From Fibrobacterales bacterium (GTDB lineage Bacteria; Fibrobacterota; Fibrobacteria; Fibrobacterales; JAOPTW01), in contig JAOPTW010000029.1 in the NCBI GenBank assembly GCA_051532035.1, positions 54,553 through 78,480 on the forward strand: DNA of 23,928 bases, read 5' to 3'. Below are positions 16,895-23,928 of this stretch, piece after piece. The position numbers and the translations under genes are program-made. Numbering within the stretch: position 1 is the stretch's first letter; each line of letters opens with the position of its first letter. Below the pieces are notes generated by a model. It was not told the origin of the DNA, made no database searches, and saw only the letters and a program-made list of their open reading frames with translations.

Positions 16895-19396
16895 TTACAT
16901 TTTTATTATGGGTGCTTTCCAAATTTCATCATTATACTGTTTAATAGTACGGTCTGATGAAAATTTACCAATACGAGCAACATTCATGATAGACATGGTT
17001 GTCCACTCTTTTGGTTTTGTGTAGAGTTCAGAGACCTTCTCTTGACACTCAACAAATGAATCAAAGTCTGCAAAGAGCAAATATTGATCATGATTCATAA
17101 GGCTATTGAGGATTGGCTCAAACAACCCTGATTCTTCGGGAGAGAAAAATCCAGACTGAATAAGGTCAATAACTCGTTTAAGATTTGGACTCTTGTTGTA
17201 ATAATCACGGGGATTATAACCAGTTTTTTCAAGTTCCTGAACCTCTTCAATCTTTTTACCAAAGATAAAGATATTCTCGTCTCCAACTTCTTCATTAATC
17301 TCAACATTCGCACCATCAAGTGTTCCGATGGTAAGTGCACCGTTAAGTGCAAATTTCATATTACCAGTCCCCGACGCTTCGGTCCCTGCTGTAGAAATCT
17401 GTTCAGAGAGTTCTGATGCAGGGAAAATTTTCTCTGCAAGTGAGACTCTATAATTTTCAATAAAGACCACTTTAAGCATATCGCCTACATCTTTATCGTT
17501 ATTTACTACTTCACCAACTGCAGTAACCAGCTTAATAATAAGCTTAGCCATGAAGTAGCCAGGGGCCGCTTTACCACCAACTATTATGGTACGGGGTACA
17601 ATTTTCTTGTTCTCATACTTTATCTCACAATAAAGATGTATTGCATGAAGAACATTGAGGAGCTGACGCTTGTATTCATGAATTCTCTTAACCTGAATAT
17701 CAAATATTGATTCGGGATTAATTGAAATGTCTTGCTGCTCTTCGAGAATATCAGCGAGAATTTTTTTATTCTCTTTTTTAATCTCATTCCACACTTTCTG
17801 AAAGGGTGCTTTTGACGCGTGTTTTTCTAGTTTCTTGAGGTCATCAAGATCCGTGATCCAAGAATCACCAATAGTATCGGTAATTAAAGTAGCTAATTTA
17901 GGATTTGATTTTAACAACCACCGTCTTTGAGTAATACCATTTGTCTTGTTATTAAACTTTTCTGGATAGAAATCAAAAAAGTCTTTAACCAAGAAGTTTT
18001 TAAGGAGTTCTGTATGAAGTGCCGCAACACCATTCACCGAGTGAGATCCAATAATAGAGAGAAACGCCATGCGAATCATCTTAGTATCACCCTCTTCAAC
18101 GATTGACATACGCGCTAAGCGGTCAGTATCACCTGGCCATTTAAACGATACCTCTCTGAGGAAGTGATAATTTATCTCGAAGATAATCTGAAGGTGCCGA
18201 GGAAGTATTTTTTCGAATAGGAACACAGGCCATTTTTCGAGAGCTTCCGGCATCAAGGTATGATTAGTATACGCAAAAGTTGCCTGACATACTTTCCATG
18301 CTTCATTCCAGTTCAGTCCCTCTTCATCGAGAAGTATTCTCATCAATTCGGGAATAGATACTGCAGGGTGAGTATCATTGAGCTGAATTGCCACTTTTTC
18401 ATGAAACTTCGAGAAGTCATCCCCATTGTTTACTTTAAAGTTTTTAACAATATCTTGTAAGCCAGCCGAACAGAGAAAAAACTGTTGTTTAAGACGGAGC
18501 TCTTTACCATTCATCGAAGAGTCATTAGGATACAGTACTTTTGAAATGGTTTCTGAGAGCTCTTGACTTTCAATAGCTTTTATATAATCACCGCTATTAA
18601 AGTAGTCGAGTCCAAAATCATCATTAGATTTTGCAGACCAGAGTCTTAAGTTATTAACCACGCCATTTCTAAAACCTGGAACAGGTGTATCATAGGGGAC
18701 AGCCAGAACATAATCTTTTGTCTCCCATCTTTTACGCTCCACACCATTTTGGTCTATGTAGGTATGCACTTCTCCATAAAATGGAACCTTAATCTCTTTT
18801 TCTGGACGCGCCAATTCCCATGGGTTTGCACGTTTAAGCCAGTGATCAGGTTTTTCAACCTGATGTCCATTTTCTATTCGTTGGTGGAACATACCATATT
18901 CATACCGAATACCCATGCCACATGCCGGTATACCCAGCGTAGCCATTGAGTCAATAAAACACGCAGCAAGTCTACCAAGACCACCATTACCCAGGCCCGC
19001 ATCAACTTCAGCTTCACGAAGCTCTTCCATTGAGAGTGACATCCCATCTAATGCATCTTTTACTTCATTCTCGATATCAATATTGATGATACTATTTCCA
19101 AATGAGCGTCCAATGAGGAATTCAAGTGAGAAGTAGTAGACCATTTTTGATTTTTGTTTTTGGTAGGCAACTTTCGTCTGCATCCACTTATCAATAAGGC
19201 GGTCTCTTACTGAGTACGCTATTGACAAATATTTTTCATAGTCTGTAGATGGGGAATTATATCCGACACCAAGGGTATGATGAAGATGTTGATTAAAAGA
19301 CTTTTCAAAGGCTTCTTTGGTACAAGCAAGAGGCTCATACCCATCAATACTTTTTGACACTTTTTTAGGTGTTGTTTTAGCTATTTTAGCTGCCAT
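16895..19396 (-). CDS. glgP: Glycogen/starch/alpha-glucan phosphorylase
   Basis: LGNGGLGRLAACF, LNDTHP, YTNHT, KTNGIT, QVKRIHEYKRQ and the PLP-lysine motif EASGTGNMKF. ATG 19396 has a GAGGA RBS. Confidence 0.97.
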   Translation of the reverse strand: MAAKIAKTTPKKVSKSIDGYEPLACTKEAFEKSFNQHLHHTLGVGYNSPSTDYEKYLSIAYSVRDRLIDKWMQTKVAYQKQKSKMVYYFSLEFLIGRSFGNSIINIDIENEVKDALDGMSLSMEELREAEVDAGLGNGGLGRLAACFIDSMATLGIPACGMGIRYEYGMFHQRIENGHQVEKPDHWLKRANPWELARPEKEIKVPFYGEVHTYIDQNGVERKRWETKDYVLAVPYDTPVPGFRNGVVNNLRLWSAKSNDDFGLDYFNSGDYIKAIESQELSETISKVLYPNDSSMNGKELRLKQQFFLCSAGLQDIVKNFKVNNGDDFSKFHEKVAIQLNDTHPAVSIPELMRILLDEEGLNWNEAWKVCQATFAYTNHTLMPEALEKWPVFLFEKILPRHLQIIFEINYHFLREVSFKWPGDTDRLARMSIVEEGDTKMIRMAFLSIIGSHSVNGVAALHTELLKNFLVKDFFDFYPEKFNNKTNGITQRRWLLKSNPKLATLITDTIGDSWITDLDDLKKLEKHASKAPFQKVWNEIKKENKKILADILEEQQDISINPESIFDIQVKRIHEYKRQLLNVLHAIHLYCEIKYENKKIVPRTIIVGGKAAPGYFMAKLIIKLVTAVGEVVNNDKDVGDMLKVVFIENYRVSLAEKIFPASELSEQISTAGTEASGTGNMKFALNGALTIGTLDGANVEINEEVGDENIFIFGKKIEEVQELEKTGYNPRDYYNKSPNLKRVIDLIQSGFFSPEESGLFEPILNSLMNHDQYLLFADFDSFVECQEKVSELYTKPKEWTTMSIMNVARIGKFSSDRTIKQYNDEIWKAPIIKM

Positions 19397-19457
19397 ATTT
19401 TCCTCAGTTTTCCTGTGTAAAAACAATTATCGTAATTTATTTCCTGAAAAACCATCT

Positions 19458-21149
19458 TTATTTCTTAACTAATGCCTTTTTATATTTACTCACGTCTTGC
19501 AGGAGTTCAACAGCCTTTAACACCTGTAGGTCAGACTTAATTGTAAATGCAATACGTTCTCCTTCGCCTTGGAACGCACTAATAAACTCTCGTTTAAGAC
19601 CTTTTTCAATATACTCATTGTTGTTCGCAAATTCTTGATCACGATTATGTTCAAGGGCCTTATGTAAGTTCGTTATTGCTAATGCAAGCTTTTTGTCTTT
19701 AATCACTGCTGTTGTATCAAACTCACCCGGTGATTGATCGATCTTAATAATTTTTTCTAACATATTCACTGAATTCTCAGCCGTAGTCTGTTGACTATTA
19801 AACACTGAGTCCGTATCAAGGAATATTTTAAAAGCTGAGACCACTTTAGGATCTGATTTCCAATCTTGACCAACAATAACTCCACGAGTATCAAGTTCAG
19901 GGCGATGTTTAATTGCAAATTTGAAAAAGCTCGTCTGACGCTCTAAAGTCTGTTGATACCAGCTCAATGCTTGCGCTTCTGAAATAACATCAGGTGAAAT
20001 GCCACCTTCACCATACATTTTACGTCCACCATTTGTATAGAATACTTTTTTACTGGTATCGACTTTTGCGGTATCAATATTTGAACGAGGAACTGAATTT
20101 TCTGGTTTATTTATACAACGTCCCATAGGGAGATAGTAAAAAGCAGTGGTCATTTTTATAGCACGACCTTCATTATCCAGTGGAAGAATTGACTGAACTG
20201 ATCCTTTTCCAAAAGTAGTCTTACCCACTATCAATCCTCTATCCCAATCCTGAATAGCCCCTGATACAATTTCACTTGCTGATGCTGATCCTTCATTAAC
20301 CAGAACTATGAGAGGAAAAGTTCTTCCAAATACTGGATCATTATCACTGTTTGCTTCTGATTTTTGATAGCGCCCTTTTGTGGAAACAATCGTACGACCT
20401 TTTTTAAGAAAGAGATCACTTACTTCAATTGCTTGACTCAAAAGTCCACCGGGATTATATCTCAGATCGAGAACAAGTTTTTTCATTCCTTTCTGTTTAA
20501 GGTCGAGCAGTGCCGATTTCACATCACGAGAAGTACTTTGAGAGAATTGAATAATTTTAATATATCCAATCTCTTTATCGATCATACCAAAGTAAGGAAC
20601 TGATTTAATTTTAATATTAGCACGAGTAATAGTATACTCAATAAGATCAGGCACCCCTTCTCGGTACACATCAATCGTAACATCGGTACCTATAGGGCCA
20701 CGAAGCTTATCCACAGCGTCATTGATGGTAATGCCTTTAGTGTCAGAACCCTCAATTTTTACGATACGATCACCCGCCTTAAGGCCCATATTAAATGCCG
20801 GAGTTCCTGCTAATGGAGAAATGATGGTGAGAATCTCGTCACGAATAGCAATAGTGATACCAAGACCACCAAACTCACCTTCGGTACTTACTTTAAGATT
20901 ACCGTACTCTTTTGGTGTAAAAACCATTGTATGAGGATCGAGAACTTTTCTGATACCATCAAAGGCTGCTTCAGTGAGCTCTTCAGGGTCGACTTCAACA
21001 ACATATCGGTCATTGATATGCCCAAGTACCTCATTTAATCGGGTAATATTCTCGTAGTAATCCTCTTTGGATTTCGAAAACCCAAGAGTTCCTACTCCAA
21101 CAATAAGAAGCAGTCCGACAAATAGTAAAAATGAAATCAACTTTTTCAT
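19458..21149 (-). CDS. ctpA: Carboxyl-terminal processing protease, S41A family, with PDZ domain
   Basis: N-terminal signal/anchor, LDPHT, PDZ loop FGGLGI, LDLRYNPGGLL, catalytic SASASEI and FGKGSVQ. AAGGAG RBS. Confidence 0.93.
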   Translation of the reverse strand: MKKLISFLLFVGLLLIVGVGTLGFSKSKEDYYENITRLNEVLGHINDRYVVEVDPEELTEAAFDGIRKVLDPHTMVFTPKEYGNLKVSTEGEFGGLGITIAIRDEILTIISPLAGTPAFNMGLKAGDRIVKIEGSDTKGITINDAVDKLRGPIGTDVTIDVYREGVPDLIEYTITRANIKIKSVPYFGMIDKEIGYIKIIQFSQSTSRDVKSALLDLKQKGMKKLVLDLRYNPGGLLSQAIEVSDLFLKKGRTIVSTKGRYQKSEANSDNDPVFGRTFPLIVLVNEGSASASEIVSGAIQDWDRGLIVGKTTFGKGSVQSILPLDNEGRAIKMTTAFYYLPMGRCINKPENSVPRSNIDTAKVDTSKKVFYTNGGRKMYGEGGISPDVISEAQALSWYQQTLERQTSFFKFAIKHRPELDTRGVIVGQDWKSDPKVVSAFKIFLDTDSVFNSQQTTAENSVNMLEKIIKIDQSPGEFDTTAVIKDKKLALAITNLHKALEHNRDQEFANNNEYIEKGLKREFISAFQGEGERIAFTIKSDLQVLKAVELLQDVSKYKKALVKK

Positions 21150-21206
21150 GCTTTCTCCTTTAAATCACAAAGTGCCATTGCACTCTCCAAATAATTTCTG
21201 CCCCTC

Positions 21207-21839
21207 TTAGAGAGAAGCGATAATTTTTTCTACAATAGCTTCATTCAACGCAAGCATTTCTTGGGTGCCATCTAGTAAAGTAACATTTTCCGGATTTTTG
21301 CGGGCCACATCTTGATAACCAGCTCTCACTCGTTCAAAAAATTCTCCCGCCTCTTTTTCAATTCTATCGGGAACCCTATTATCTTTATCACTCCGAGCAC
21401 GAAACACTTCAACAGGAATATCCAAAATAAAGGTCTGTTCGGGCCATATTGAACCACAAGTTATCTTGAGAAGGGTTTCGATCTCTTTGGCATCAAGTCC
21501 ACGTCCAAATCCCTGATACGCATAAGTAGACCAACCGAATCGATCGGCAAGTACAATGGAACCAGCGTTGAGTGCTGGCTCAATAATTTCACCAATGAGC
21601 TGTGCACGTGATGCACTGTAAAGAAACAGTTCACTTTTAGAAGCCATGTTTGAACAATCAGGGTCAAGGATAAGTTCTCGTATCTTTTCAGATACCTTCG
21701 TCCCTCCTGGGTCACGAATAAGAGTAACAGCATGACCACGTTCGATCAGTTTTTTTTCAATGAGTTTAATTTGAGTGCTTTTACCGCACCCATCTAACCC
21801 TTCTAATGAGAAAAATCGACTGCTAATATTATGCTCCAT
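21207..21839 (-). CDS. tmk: Thymidylate kinase
   Basis: P-loop [27 protein letters not shown] and DRIE. The likely ATG at 21839 overlaps the secA end by 11 nt. Confidence 0.95.
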   Translation of the reverse strand: MEHNISSRFFSLEGLDGCGKSTQIKLIEKKLIERGHAVTLIRDPGGTKVSEKIRELILDPDCSNMASKSELFLYSASRAQLIGEIIEPALNAGSIVLADRFGWSTYAYQGFGRGLDAKEIETLLKITCGSIWPEQTFILDIPVEVFRARSDKDNRVPDRIEKEAGEFFERVRAGYQDVARKNPENVTLLDGTQEMLALNEAIVEKIIASL

Positions 21840-23928
21840 GACATTTTTTAAATTTCTTGCCACTCCCACACCAACAAGGATCATTACGTCCTACTTGTGG
21901 CCCGGTATTACGAACAGGAGCAGTTTTTTTCGGCTGTGGCCTGCGTTGTGGTGCTGGTCTTTGAAAAGCTTCACCTGATTCTTTAATATCTTCTCGGTTC
22001 TCAACACCCTGTGGCTTCTGAATTTCAGGTTCAGGCACTGGTACAGGCCCCTCTTCGACACGAACATTACAAAGACGTTCTGTTGATGAGGTTGCTATTG
22101 ACTCCATACAACTCTCGAACATAGTAAAGCCCTCTTTCTTATATACCATAAGCGGGTCTTTTTGTGCATAGCCATGAAAGCGAATCGCATCACGGAGATG
22201 GTCCATTTGCTGAAGATGTTCTTTGTAGTGTTGGTCAATTGTAAGAAGTAGTACTCGACGTTCAAGATTGTGAAGATTCTCTTCATCAACCATATCCAGT
22301 AACCGAGTATGTTTCTCTTTTGCAAGGTCTATGACATGCTCAACAACTCCAGCGCCACCTTTTGCTGCGATCATTTTAGGGTTCAGGTTAGCCTCTACGC
22401 CATAACTTCTACGAATATCTGCATCGATAGTTTCGAAGTCGAGGTTCTCAGCAAATTCGCTGTCACCAAGGTAGTTGCTCAGTTTAATATCAATTGCATC
22501 TTCAAAATTATTGAAAATTTCATCTTGAATATTTTCACCTTTGAGGATGCGCCCACGAACACCATAGACAATTTTACGCTGTTCATTCATGACATCATCA
22601 TATTCTAGAAGGTGTTTTCGACCTTCAAAGTTCTGACCTTCAACCCGTTTTTGTGCATTAAGGATCGCTTTATTAACAAATGGATGAGTGATAACTTCAC
22701 CATCTTCTGCACCAAGTCGGTCCATAACAGATTTAATTCGATCTGAACCAAAAATTCTCATAAGGTTATCATCAAGTGAGAGATAGTAACATGACTCACC
22801 TGGATCCCCCTGACGCCCACCTCGACCACGAAGCTGATTATCAATTCGACGACTTTCATGACGCTCTGTTGCAAGAACATAGAGACCACCGACTTCTTTT
22901 ACCCCTTCACCAAGGGCAATGTCGGTACCACGACCTGCCATATTTGTTGCAATAGTTACTCGGCCCGGTTGTCCTGCAGAAAGAATAATTTCAGCTTCAC
23001 GTCCATGATTTTTGGCATTGAGCACATCGTGTTGAACACCTTCACGTTTCAGGCGTTTATGTAACTCTTCTGAACGTTCAACACTAATAGTACCCACAAG
23101 AATAGGTTGCCCTTTCTCGTGACGCTCTTTGATGTCGGCGACGATAGCAGCTAATTTTTCTTCATGGGTTTTAAAAATTTTATCATTTTGATCTTCTCTG
23201 ACACACGGCTTATGAGTCGGCACCGTTATCACGCCAAGACTATAGATCTGCATAAACTCTGTTGCCTCTGTCGCAGCAGTACCCGTCATGCCAGAAAGCT
23301 TGTCATACATTCTAAAAAAGTTCTGAAAGGTAATTTGTGCAAGTGTCTGATTCTCACGTGCGATCTTCACTTGCTCTTTTGCTTCAATCGCCTGGTGAAG
23401 CCCTTCAGAGTACCGACGACCTTCCATGAGACGACCGGTGTTTTCATCGACAATAACGACTTGACCATCTTTAACGAGATAGTCAACATCGTTTTGGAAA
23501 ATAAACCACGCTTTAAGAGCTTGGGAAATGTGGTGTACCCACTCAGCATTCATATTACCGTATAGGTTTTCTACACCAAGAATTTTTTCGCAAAGCTGAA
23601 CACCGTTATCAGTAAGAAGCACATTTCTCGACTTCTCATCTACAATAAAATCTTTATCTCGTGTAAGCTGAGGAATAACCGCATTTACACGCGTATATTT
23701 CTCTGTTGACTGTTCCGCAGGACCACTTATTATAAGTGGTGTACGAGCCTCGTCAACGAGGATAGAGTCAATTTCATCCACGATGCAATAGTTAAAGCCT
23801 CGTTGTACAAGATCTTCTGGATCAGTAGCCATATTATCACGAAGATAATCAAAGCCAAACTCATTGTTTGTTCCGTAGGTTACGTCTGCACCATAGCCTT
23901 CACGACGCTGTTGTGAATTCAGTCCATG
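21829..23928 (-). CDS. secA: Preprotein translocase ATPase SecA (5' end outside the window)
   Basis: The frame is open to the window edge (…[20 protein letters not shown]…). Motifs are [50 protein letters not shown] and the C-terminal SEC-C zinc motif [19 protein letters not shown]. Confidence 0.98.
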   Translation of the reverse strand, partial: HGLNSQQRREGYGADVTYGTNNEFGFDYLRDNMATDPEDLVQRGFNYCIVDEIDSILVDEARTPLIISGPAEQSTEKYTRVNAVIPQLTRDKDFIVDEKSRNVLLTDNGVQLCEKILGVENLYGNMNAEWVHHISQALKAWFIFQNDVDYLVKDGQVVIVDENTGRLMEGRRYSEGLHQAIEAKEQVKIARENQTLAQITFQNFFRMYDKLSGMTGTAATEATEFMQIYSLGVITVPTHKPCVREDQNDKIFKTHEEKLAAIVADIKERHEKGQPILVGTISVERSEELHKRLKREGVQHDVLNAKNHGREAEIILSAGQPGRVTIATNMAGRGTDIALGEGVKEVGGLYVLATERHESRRIDNQLRGRGGRQGDPGESCYYLSLDDNLMRIFGSDRIKSVMDRLGAEDGEVITHPFVNKAILNAQKRVEGQNFEGRKHLLEYDDVMNEQRKIVYGVRGRILKGENIQDEIFNNFEDAIDIKLSNYLGDSEFAENLDFETIDADIRRSYGVEANLNPKMIAAKGGAGVVEHVIDLAKEKHTRLLDMVDEENLHNLERRVLLLTIDQHYKEHLQQMDHLRDAIRFHGYAQKDPLMVYKKEGFTMFESCMESIATSSTERLCNVRVEEGPVPVPEPEIQKPQGVENREDIKESGEAFQRPAPQRRPQPKKTAPVRNTGPQVGRNDPCWCGSGKKFKKCHGA

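Noticed and set aside
21171..21184. AGTGC-CATT-GCACT hairpin between tmk and ctpA
   Set aside because: It has only a 5-bp stem and no convincing U-tract.
21840..21884. Longer tmk start at 21884
   Set aside because: It overlaps the SecA zinc-motif codons by 56 nt. ATG 21839 places the P-loop at the usual distance from the N-terminus.
2012..23565. The many 60-140 aa alternative-frame and antisense ORFs in the track
   Set aside because: They lie within or largely overlap well-supported long CDSs and show no recognisable motifs.
1..23928. CRISPR arrays, tRNA/rRNA, IS elements and structured ncRNA
   Set aside because: I saw no spaced direct repeats, RNA-gene signatures or transposase motifs. 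The largest intergenic gap is only 311 bp.

Overview
An AT-rich bacterial window, densely coding, with 13 supportable CDS and no rRNA, tRNA, CRISPR or mobile element visible. The right part (15689-23928, minus strand) is a housekeeping run: secA (5'-truncated), tmk, a ctpA-type S41 protease, glgP and a strongly divergent PRPP-synthetase paralog. An intrinsic terminator closes this run. The left part (1861-15587) is a roughly 14 kb convergent cluster that looks like an extracytoplasmic glycosylation and phospho-decoration system. It encodes a lipoprotein CotH-family kinase, three GT-C (ArnT/PMT-like) membrane glycosyltransferases, a GtrA flippase-like protein, a flavoenzyme with the motif set of UDP-galactopyranose mutases, and an LtaS/sulfatase-family transferase. 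All four large membrane enzymes carry appended lectin-like modules: four NPCBM/NEW2 domains over three proteins, and two duplicated beta-sandwich domains in the fourth. No lipid-carrier-loading enzyme (GtrB/GT2 or UbiA) is present. One GT-C gene has an in-frame G9 tract, a possible phase-variation switch. A divergent lipoprotein with Cys/Asp-rich repeats sits at the left edge. A TAYATTT promoter-like motif suggests an FCB-group host (inference only). All family calls come from motif recognition by eye, not from database searches.
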